NCBI GenBank assembly: GCA_963796105.1 | Contig: CAWCKJ010000004.1 | Coordinates: forward strand, 1-64,000 | Length of the DNA stretch: 64,000 bases | Reading direction: 5' to 3' | Origin: a candidate division FCPU426 bacterium | GTDB lineage: Bacteria; Oederibacteriota; Muellerivitia; Muellerivitales; Muellerivitaceae | Shown: positions 32,671 to 40,639 of the stretch, in pieces | Numbering within the stretch: position 1 is the first letter of the stretch | How the letters are laid out: every line of letters starts with the position of its first letter | The notes under the pieces: model-generated | The model's input: only the letters and a program-made list of their open reading frames with translations | The model's database searches: none | What the model was told of the DNA's origin: nothing | Translations under genes and position numbers: made by a program

Positions 32671-32919
32671 AAAAGAGCCTGGAGCCGTTATCGATACACC
32701 CCGGGGAGGGTGTTTCCCAGGATGATAGCCCTCTGGCTACTTTCATGTTAAAGGTTATTCTTATCATTAAATGGAGTCAAGTTAAGAAAGTGTGACAAGC
32801 CGGGTTCAGTACCAGAATGGTGGCGAAACCCGCCAAGAAACTGAAGAAAAGAAGAAAAATCATACCACCCCCCTTTAAGAATATACCCGGATAACTTACG
32901 ATTCTAAACGGGGTAATCA

Positions 32920-33751
32920 TTGAGCCTGAACTCAAATAGTTGGGGGAATAAGCCGGAAAAAATCCTTCATTGCACCTTCTTATGCCTCGCTTTGTCCGTG
33001 GTTTCTTGCCGGGTCCAAATCACCTACCCGCACGCCCCTGGAACCCTTTTTATCCGCCAGCAAATCTGCGACCTCAATGATTTCAAGTCGGGCTTCTTCA
33101 AGCGGGAAAACGACCTTAGGGGACATGGCTTCATGGCCTACAGTTTCCACCGGGACCCAATTGACCCCAAGACCTATATCCTGTCCTTTAAATGCGGGGA
33201 CTTGGAAAAGGCAGTAGAATTCATCCGTTCCTCCAATTTCTATTTCTCCTGCGTGGGTGCCGGTTTGGGCCAGCCGCTGTTCTGGGCCGGAACGGACGTG
33301 GTGGGCCTTCCTTACCCGAAACTCACCCCCTTGGCGGGCGGTATCGCCTTGGCCCGCTACGAGGTACGGGATTACGATACCTGGAAACGAGGGTGGGATG
33401 TCGAATACGGCGGTAATAGGGGCCGCCCCAAAACAGAGGGTGGACCCCAAACCCTCAGCCTGCACCGGCTTGAGGGCAGGCCCGAGGCCGTGATCGTGGT
33501 TTACGAAGTGACAGATATCCCCCAAGCGCGGGCCTTTTTGGACTCCGAAGCCGAAAAAAACGCCAATAGATACCCACGGGCAAGCCCGTGGTACTAAAAT
33601 CAAAATTCAAGCTTCGCTTGCCGTGCTTTCAGCACGGTGGCCTTTCACCCACGGGCAAGCCCGTGGAACTCAAAGCGCCGGATTAGAAACCACTGGGGTC
33701 ACCCGCCAGGCCCTCTGGTTTGGAACAAATTTGGAAGAAGGAATTTTTTAA
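32920..33751 (+). pseudogene. Putative lipoprotein with two internally similar domains, interrupted by a small palindromic insertion
   Basis: Lipobox-like VVSC. Removing about 33565-33682 restores EKNA-LETTGVTRQALWFGTNLEEGIF*, which mirrors the first domain's LFWAGTD. Confidence 0.6.
33565..33682. mobile_element. ~118-bp IS200/IS605-type non-autonomous element
   Basis: Two copies of the CCCACGGGCAAGCCCGTGG hairpin near the ends plus an internal hairpin; no ORF. Confidence 0.65.
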
Positions 33752-33831
33752 ACTTTCTAAATTTTATTAAAAGTTACATCTCTTGGTTATTAATCATTTA
33801 ACGAGTAGGTTGCATAGGGTCCTACATCATC

Positions 33832-33859
33832 TGTCCACGTCGGGTCCCCGTAAGGAACA
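33832..33859. repeat. 28-bp palindromic site B
   Basis: TGTCCACGTCG-GGTCCC-CGTAAGGAACA. Confidence 0.8.
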
Positions 33860-33891
33860 ACCCCCATTCTCTTAATTCCGGTTAACCCCGG

Positions 33892-34695
33892 TTAAGGGCG
33901 CGTGATACGCTTTAATTCAAAGACGGCTTTGGCGGGCCGGGTGTAGTAGTTCCCGTCCCCATTCGTGTCCCAAGTCGTTTCGATGCTGTCCTCTTCCATT
34001 TCCAGGGAATTGCCATCGCCCGTCAGGGTGTAGGAGAAGGTATGAGCAAAGGTTTGGTTCCCCATCCTCTGGATGACTTCGGGGGGCAAAAGATTAGAAA
34101 CCGAAGTCATGGGGTAGTAATCGGTATGGGCGATTTTATTGCCATCGCCCGTAAAGGTAAAAGTGGTGGGGGGCATTTGGGCCCATTGCACTCGATAGCC
34201 GCCTTCCGCACGGGTAACCGTCATTTTCTGGTTCAGCAGGCCCATAGCATCAGGCGGCGGGGATTGAATACAGAGCCACTCGCCCGCAACGCTTTTGGCG
34301 GCCTCCGCAGCCACGCTTTTTTGGAGCATGTTCATTTCCCAATTGAAGGACTGGATGCTATGGATAATAGAATCTCTTTGGGCTTGAAGGTTTTGTTTTT
34401 GAACTTCGGTTTGTTGGTCTTCGGTTTCGGTGTTAAATGAGATGATTTGAGAATTGAATTGTTTAATTTTTTCCAACAGCGCAGACCTTTCCTGATTGAA
34501 CCTGGCGCTTTCATCCGCCGGTATCCCCTTCGGGGGCGGCTGGAGATCCGGAAGGCCCCCCCCGGGGCTATTCCCCCCCGCTTTATCCGTGGCCGCCTGC
34601 GCCATGCCGCTATTTTGGGCAAAGCCAAAGGAAGCGAATCCCCCCCAAACCACCAACAAAAAAACAAAACTCAAAAGATAAAATGAACGCGCCAT
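33892..34695 (-). CDS. Secreted hypothetical protein (cassette C-B)
   Basis: Signal peptide, coiled coil, beta-barrel-like C-terminus; GGAG RBS. Confidence 0.7.
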   Translation of the reverse strand: MARSFYLLSFVFLLVVWGGFASFGFAQNSGMAQAATDKAGGNSPGGGLPDLQPPPKGIPADESARFNQERSALLEKIKQFNSQIISFNTETEDQQTEVQKQNLQAQRDSIIHSIQSFNWEMNMLQKSVAAEAAKSVAGEWLCIQSPPPDAMGLLNQKMTVTRAEGGYRVQWAQMPPTTFTFTGDGNKIAHTDYYPMTSVSNLLPPEVIQRMGNQTFAHTFSYTLTGDGNSLEMEEDSIETTWDTNGDGNYYTRPAKAVFELKRITRP

Positions 34696-34935
34696 AAACG
34701 CTCCAACAAAAGAATCTTTGAATTTAAAACAGATTACCCGTTTTTCCCATGAACCCCATGGATTCAGGGCCAAACCCCATTCCAACCCGTTCAACCGGTA
34801 GAACTAAAGTCGGCACGATCAGATTCACCGTTAAGATAAATATCAGTTAATTGTCCTCAAAATTTTTAAATTAGTCTCTGACATGAATCATAAATTGAAT
34901 TCTGTGGTTAAATGCCGTTTATAGCCTAAAATAAT

Positions 34936-35675
34936 CGTCCACGAGTAGAGTAAAGCACTGGCGCGCCTCCGGTTGCCCGGAACGTTTCCAGCGCCTTCTC
35001 GTCAAACCGTACGTGCGGTTTTCCCGCATACGGCTTTCCCTGAACGTTCGCCGAAAGCTCTTCGCCTGTTCCTTTCGGTTCAGGCTTACTCTTTCCCGCT
35101 AGTCTTGAAGCTGGTTCCAGGGCTTGGTCCTTCAGGAGTTCCTAGGCTTTCGCCAATCTCCCGCCCGTCCCCTTTATAAGACGCTGTTCAGGCCAAGCCC
35201 CTTCGCTCCCCCAAGGTTTTGCTGTCCTTGGAATCCACGCTAGTATGGGCTTGTCCGACCCCCATAGGATCTCCCTGTCATTTCGCCGCTTAGACTTATA
35301 GGCAGGTACCTGGTACTTCCCTATGGGTCTCCCAAGTTCCGTTGTTCTCCGTCTGGACGTGTCGCCCCTGTTACCCCGGAGGAGTCTCATGCGTATTTCT
35401 GGCTCCCGCATGGGATACTGGTTTCCCCAAGACCCGAAAGGGTCACCCTCCTCAATCTCGACGTTACGAGGTTACACCTAGGTTCACACGTGTTACGACC
35501 CGTCCTTTCGCATCGGGCGCTTTACCGCCCTTTGTCGAGCCGCTTGAACCTGGCAGGTTACCCCGCCCGATTCGGCTCCCTGCTACCAGACTGCCAAATT
35601 TTGTCTGGGTCGGCACTTTTCAGCCGACTGGATGAACAACAGCTTTCTTGGCGCGCCGGGTCCCCGTCGAGGACA
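34936..35675. repeat. 28-bp site C, split by intron copy 1 (34936-34944 and 35657-35675)
   Basis: Rejoined: CGTCCACGA|CG-GGTCCC-CGTCGAGGACA. Confidence 0.85.
34945..35656 (-). ncRNA. ORF-less group II intron, copy 1 (712 nt)
   Basis: 5' GCGCG (variant of GUGYG), domain V AAGCCGTATGCGGGAAAACCGCACGTACGGTT, domain VI, 3' end CTCTAC; no RT ORF. Confidence 0.92.
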
Positions 35676-35739
35676 ACTTTATTCGACCTGCTCAAACCAA
35701 ATCAACTTTGAGTGATATGGTTCCAAGCTCTGAAGGGGC

Positions 35740-36171
35740 TTAGCCGGGAGGGATCGGATCTTTCCCGGCCAGGTAAATGACGCAAGTTTCGTAGTCTTGG
35801 ATGGGCTGGATTTGCACGGTCATGTTGTAAACTTCCCCGCCCACCTTGAGTTTCATCTTTCCGCTCTGCGGCTCCGTTGTTTTCGTGAGATCCATGAAGG
35901 CCATTTTCTTGAACCTGGAGATCAGGTGGCGGTAGCGGAACCAGGGCAACTCGGTGGTCCCGGGAACGAATTCCCCTTGGACCCGCCAGCGCAGCCGCAT
36001 CTTGGATTCGGCCCAGGGTTCCACCACGGGCCGGATTTGGATTTCGCTCGCCCCGGCCAGGATGGCTTCATGAAGAAGGGCAAAACTAAGCTCCCCCATC
36101 GAAGGAAAGGGCTTCTCATTCTCTTCGGGGCTTTCTCCTTCCTGGCTGGCATCCCCATGAGGGTCGTTCAT
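35740..36171 (-). CDS. Stand-alone GspE/PilB N-terminal (N2D)-like domain protein
   Basis: GASEIQIRP, RWRVQG, ISRFKKMAFMDL..PQSG; no Walker motifs. Confidence 0.7.
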   Translation of the reverse strand: MNDPHGDASQEGESPEENEKPFPSMGELSFALLHEAILAGASEIQIRPVVEPWAESKMRLRWRVQGEFVPGTTELPWFRYRHLISRFKKMAFMDLTKTTEPQSGKMKLKVGGEVYNMTVQIQPIQDYETCVIYLAGKDPIPPG

Positions 36172-36214
36172 GGCCGCTTATTTCTCCTCATTTTCCGGGT
36201 AATTCAAGGCTGCC

Positions 36215-36445
36215 CTATCCCGCGAACTGGCTCCGGTAAACAGCCTTGATGTGCGCCAATCTCTCTTCAAGCTGTTGGGTTTTCTCGGCCAGCCCCAACT
36301 CACGCGCCAGGCCGATGGCATCTCTCAAATAATCCTTGCAATCGCTGTATTCGGTCATCGGGTGGCTGGAATCGTACATTTGGTCATAGGCTTCCTCGGC
36401 CTTTTTCTCCAAAAACTCCAATTGCTCTTGCGGGGTCGGTGGCAT
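36215..36445 (-). CDS. Small helical hypothetical protein
   Basis: 76 aa; AEEAYDQMYD...HIKAVYRSQF. Confidence 0.65.
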   Translation of the reverse strand: MPPTPQEQLEFLEKKAEEAYDQMYDSSHPMTEYSDCKDYLRDAIGLARELGLAEKTQQLEERLAHIKAVYRSQFAG

Positions 36446-36538
36446 GCCTAAAATCCTGGTTTTTATTCTTCCGTGAATGAAAGCGGGGTTCATCCATTCC
36501 GGTTGGGCTTATCATAGTGTAATAAACCTCGTTTTCAC

Positions 36539-36566
36539 TGTCCAATGCGGGTCCCCGTCGTGGACA
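36539..36566. repeat. 28-bp palindromic site D
   Basis: TGTCCAATGCG-GGTCCC-CGTCGTGGACA. Confidence 0.9.
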
Positions 36567-36576
36567 AGGACATCTC

Positions 36577-36960
36577 TTAAAAGAACTGTGGAGACCCTAA
36601 TAATCCTAATACGACATGTAGGATCAGGTAAGTCATTATGAACAGCACGGCGAACTTATACTTTTTCTGTCGTATGAACCGGAATAGAAAATGGAGTAAA
36701 AAACTGTAATACAAAAAAAATAAAACCCAAATAATTTCGGCTAAAATAAATGCCACATAAGAGTTAAAGCCTCCCTCGCTATATACAAAGTTGCTTATCC
36801 AGCGAGACAGCAACATGAAAGGTCCGAGTATAAAAATACCGATCCAGTGAAGAAATCCCTGTATTCTCAGCTGATCAATGAAATAGGCAATAGCACCTAA
36901 TGAAAAAGCGACGAGAAAATTAAAATACTTAAATTCTTTAAGCGTTTTTAAGATCTTCAA
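36577..36960 (-). CDS. Four-TM membrane protein (AT-rich)
   Basis: GGAGG RBS before TTG; hydrophobic. Confidence 0.7.
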   Translation of the reverse strand: MKILKTLKEFKYFNFLVAFSLGAIAYFIDQLRIQGFLHWIGIFILGPFMLLSRWISNFVYSEGGFNSYVAFILAEIIWVLFFLYYSFLLHFLFRFIRQKKYKFAVLFIMTYLILHVVLGLLGSPQFF

Positions 36961-36997
36961 ATTGCCTCCCTATCGCGGACAACTTCTGGCAGAACGG

Positions 36998-38494
36998 TCA
37001 ATTGCCTGGTTTCTGTAAATCTTCCTGCAATTCCTTCGCTTTCCGGGCGGCATATTCATTTCCTTGGTTGGCCGCCAGTTGAAACCAGTAGAGAGCTTGC
37101 TTGGTAACATCATTGACTTCGGACTCATAGTAGAGACTACCGGCCATTGCCACGCTTTCAATCTCATATAGATCCCCTAATTTAACCTTGGCTTCGACGC
37201 TTCCCAAATTCGCGGCTTGGGTATACCACTCGATGGCTTTTTTCTCATCATTGCCCTTTTGAGGATCGTTGTAGTAATCCCCATTTTGAATGTCCTGTTC
37301 CACGGCGGTGGAAGGCGATGTGTTGGTTCCATTGGAGGTATCCCCGCTGGAATTTTCCCCCGAGGACGCCGTTACATTGGCCAAATCCGACAATTTGTTC
37401 GTTGCCATTTGGTCACCGTTCGCCGAGGCCAATTGGTACCAATATTTCGCCTTTCCGAGGTCCTTACCGACCCCTTTCCCATCTGCATAACATAGGCCCA
37501 TCATCAATTGGGCAAAACTGTTCTTCGGGTCCTGATCGGCCGCTTTTTGGAACCAAGGAATAGCCTCGGAAAACCTATTTTTTCCGTAAAAATGGTAACC
37601 CAACTGTGCTTCGTGATAAGCATCCCCCGCTTTACGCACCAAACTGACAGCCTTCGCCTCATCCGGGTTCACACCCCATCCATTCAGATAAAACATTCCC
37701 AAATTCCCGGTCGCCATCACATGCCCCTGGTCGGCGGCTTTTTGAAGCCACTTCACGGCCTCCACGTTGTCCTCCTTGGCCCCCTTGCCATCGGAATAAG
37801 CCAAGCCAAGTGAGTTCTCTCCGTCCGCATTGCCTAGGTCCGCCGATCGGTTGAAATATTGAAAAGCCTCATCATCCTTGCCCGCCTTTTGGGCTTCCGT
37901 GCCCTTTTGGAAAAAGGCTGCGCCATCCTCCACTGTCGTTGGACTACTGCTAGTTGGGGGAGCATTCGAAGTGGGCTCGGACGCGGGCTGGTTTGAACCG
38001 TTCGCGGAACTTTCGGGAGGAAAGGGGGTTGTGCCTGAATTGATCTTTGCCAAAGCCTCATCGGCCTTTTTATATCCTTGGGCCGATGCTTTTTGAAGCC
38101 AATCCTGGCCTTCTTTCTTACCCGAAGCGATCTCGGCGTCCCATTTTTCAATTTGCTTTTGATCTTTTTGCGTCCATTCCCAAGCCGTCATGGCCATTGC
38201 CGCGTCATAAAGGTAAAGCCCATAGCGATACTGGCCCTCGGCGTTCCCCTTTTCCGCGGCAACGCTATACCATTTACCCTCGTCTTCATATTTTTTGATC
38301 TTGTTCGCGGCCTTTGCCCTCTTGAGGGCCACCTTCGCCGAAACGGAGTGATCGATCTTAACTCGGGAGGGCGTCACGGTCGCCGTGGGAAGTTCGCTGT
38401 CCGCAGGCACATACACATTCTGGGCCAACACGGAGCCTCCAAAGGCCGCAATACCAAGGATGGCCCCTAAAAATATTCCAGTTCTTATTTTCAT
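36998..38494 (-). CDS. Secreted Sel1-repeat protein
   Basis: Multiple SLR repeats (AVKWLQKAADQG, AKYWYQLASANG); signal peptide. Confidence 0.9.
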   Translation of the reverse strand: MKIRTGIFLGAILGIAAFGGSVLAQNVYVPADSELPTATVTPSRVKIDHSVSAKVALKRAKAANKIKKYEDEGKWYSVAAEKGNAEGQYRYGLYLYDAAMAMTAWEWTQKDQKQIEKWDAEIASGKKEGQDWLQKASAQGYKKADEALAKINSGTTPFPPESSANGSNQPASEPTSNAPPTSSSPTTVEDGAAFFQKGTEAQKAGKDDEAFQYFNRSADLGNADGENSLGLAYSDGKGAKEDNVEAVKWLQKAADQGHVMATGNLGMFYLNGWGVNPDEAKAVSLVRKAGDAYHEAQLGYHFYGKNRFSEAIPWFQKAADQDPKNSFAQLMMGLCYADGKGVGKDLGKAKYWYQLASANGDQMATNKLSDLANVTASSGENSSGDTSNGTNTSPSTAVEQDIQNGDYYNDPQKGNDEKKAIEWYTQAANLGSVEAKVKLGDLYEIESVAMAGSLYYESEVNDVTKQALYWFQLAANQGNEYAARKAKELQEDLQKPGN

Positions 38495-38565
38495 ATTTCC
38501 CTCCCTGGTTTTATTTTAATCTCGAGATCACTAGTTCAACCGAATATTTAGAGGCCGAAGTTTTT

Positions 38566-38593
38566 TGTCCACCAGGGGTCCCCGTCGTGGACA
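38566..38593. repeat. 28-bp palindromic site E
   Basis: TGTCCACCAGG-GGTCCC-CGTCGTGGACA. Confidence 0.9.
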
Positions 38594-38601
38594 AGGTTGA
38601 G

Positions 38602-38829
38602 CTATTGTCTCTTCCGATACCCAACACCGCTTTTGGGTTTCCCTGTGAGAGCATAACGGAACAAATAAATTCCTACACCAATTGAAACAGCGGCTGCAAA
38701 ATAACCATAAATAAGTAAAGAATGTTCTATTTCGCAATAAATGCTATATACAGCAAATGCAAAACACACCAAACTCATTCCAAAAGCTTCCCACTTGTTA
38801 AATTTATAAGAAAATTCTAATTTTTTCAT
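38602..38829 (-). CDS. Small two-TM membrane protein (cassette F-E)
   Basis: GGAGAGG RBS; 75 aa; fills nearly the whole space between sites F and E. Confidence 0.7.
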   Translation of the reverse strand: MKKLEFSYKFNKWEAFGMSLVCFAFAVYSIYCEIEHSLLIYGYFAAAVSIGVGIYLFRYALTGKPKSGVGYRKRQ

Positions 38830-38843
38830 ACCTCTCCAAAGGC

Positions 38844-39583
38844 TGTCCACGAGTAGAGTAAAGCACTGGCGCGCCTCCGGTTGCCCGGAACGTTTCCAGC
38901 GCCTTCTCGTCAAACCGTACGTGCGGTTTTCCCGCATACGGCTTTCCCTGAACGTTCGCCGAAAGCTCTTCGCCTGTTCCTTTCGGTTCAGGCTTACTCT
39001 TTCCCGCTAGTCTTGAAGCTGGTTCCAGGGCTTGGTCCTTCAGGAGTTCCTAGGCTTTCGCCAATCTCCCGCCCGTCCCCTTTATAAGACGCTGTTCAGG
39101 CCAAGCCCCTTCGCTCCCCCAAGGTTTTGCTGTCCTTGGAATCCACGCTAGTATGGGCTTGTCCGACCCCCATAGGATCTCCCTGTCATTTCGCCGCTTA
39201 GACTTATAGGCAGGTACCTGGTACTTCCCTATGGGTCTCCCAAGTTCCGTTGTTCTCCGTCTGGACGTGTCGCCCCTGTTACCCCGGAGGAGTCTCATGC
39301 GTATTTCTGGCTCCCGCATGGGATACTGGTTTCCCCAAGACCCGAAAGGGTCACCCTCCTCAATCTCGACGTTACGAGGTTACACCTAGGTTCACACGTG
39401 TTACGACCCGTCCTTTCGCATCGGGCGCTTTACCGCCCTTTGTCGAGCCGCTTGAACCTGGCAGGTTACCCCGCCCGATTCGGCTCCCTGCTACCAGACT
39501 GCCAAATTTTGTCTGGGTCGGCACTTTTCAGCCGACTGGATGAACAACAGCTTTCTTGGCGCGCCGGGTCCCCATCGTGGACA
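38844..39583. repeat. 28-bp site F, split by intron copy 2 (38844-38852 and 39565-39583)
   Basis: Rejoined: TGTCCACGA|CG-GGTCCC-CATCGTGGACA. Confidence 0.88.
38853..39564 (-). ncRNA. ORF-less group II intron, copy 2 (712 nt)
   Basis: Same length as copy 1 and apparently identical. Confidence 0.92.
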
Positions 39584-39813
39584 AGCCATTTCCCTTTTAT
39601 TCACTCAATTTTACGCCTGCATGAATAGGAGCGGGAGGCAATATTTTCTAAAACGAGCGCCAATTTATATGGGCAAAGCCCAAATTGGCGCGAGAAAAAG
39701 GGGGCACCTGGTCAAACGCCCACAAGGCGGTTGGCCACGGTTTGGTGTGCAAATAGCAAAAAGCTATTTGCAACGGGGGCGAAGCCCCCGCGCGGGGGGG
39801 CTGCCCCCAGGCT

Positions 39814-40245
39814 TTAAACTTCACCCCCTTCCTCGATGTAAACGTCCTCGCAAACTTCGGATTCACAAGCCAGGCTGTCCATGTTGTGAATTTCTCCCGC
39901 TTCCTCCTCCGTCCGAGCTTTGTAGACTTTCCTTCCCTTGAGGGTCCAATAGACCGTGAAATTTCTTAACCCCTGGGCCTTCTTAACCGGGCGGTGTTTT
40001 ATTTCCCTCAAGGCAGAAATAACCCGGTGAAGTTCTTCCTGCGCCGTTTCCAGGGCCTTAATTACGTTGGCCGTAATATCCCTGGGGTTTTTCCCGTCTG
40101 CCGTTTCCCGGATTTCCTCGACTATGAAAGCGGCCAAGCCGTCCCCGGTGTCTTTCTCCCCCTTTCTAATACGGTCTATAAGCCCGTCCGGATAGGCGGC
40201 GTTAGCCGCCTTTAAAAGTTTGTTGGTGTGTCTGTTGTTAAGCAT
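39814..40245 (-). CDS. Hypothetical protein downstream of ardC
   Basis: GGAGG RBS; start overlaps the ardC stop. Confidence 0.7.
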   Translation of the reverse strand: MLNNRHTNKLLKAANAAYPDGLIDRIRKGEKDTGDGLAAFIVEEIRETADGKNPRDITANVIKALETAQEELHRVISALREIKHRPVKKAQGLRNFTVYWTLKGRKVYKARTEEEAGEIHNMDSLACESEVCEDVYIEEGGEV

Positions 40246-40639
40246 TAAGCAACCTCCTTGTTTTGTTCTGCATCTACGGGTTTCAGAAGAAAATCGACGG
40301 CCTTTTGGGCCTGGGAAACGGCGGTCATTAGGGCCTTTGAATCGTCTTTGATTGCTTCGATCCAATTGGCGATATAAGAGGCGTGGTTGGTCTTGTAGGG
40401 GATGCCGACATGGGCGCAAAGGATTGCGGCCCCAAACTCGGCCACAAGCTCCTCGGCGGCATATTCCGGGGAACCGAAAAGGGAGCCTTTAACCCGGTCG
40501 AGCCTGGCCTTTCCTCCGGTCCAGTGGGTGTTATGCCGATATCGGCATAAGACGCAAAATGCCGAATCCCGGATTATGCCGAATGGACCGACGTTTCCCT
40601 TGAATTGATAACCCCGGCCCATTCGATGATTCGGCATAA

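Noticed and set aside
34973..35711. Small ORFs within the intron copies (also 38881-39628)
   Set aside because: No RT motifs; chance frames in structured RNA.
29549..39583. 28-bp repeats as a CRISPR array
   Set aside because: The intervals are 0.25-4.3 kb and contain genes; no cas genes.
29549..39583. Sites as classical attC or pdif
   Set aside because: Too short for attC, with no GTTRRRY/RYYYAAC boxes; arms unlike XerC/D consensus; no intI.
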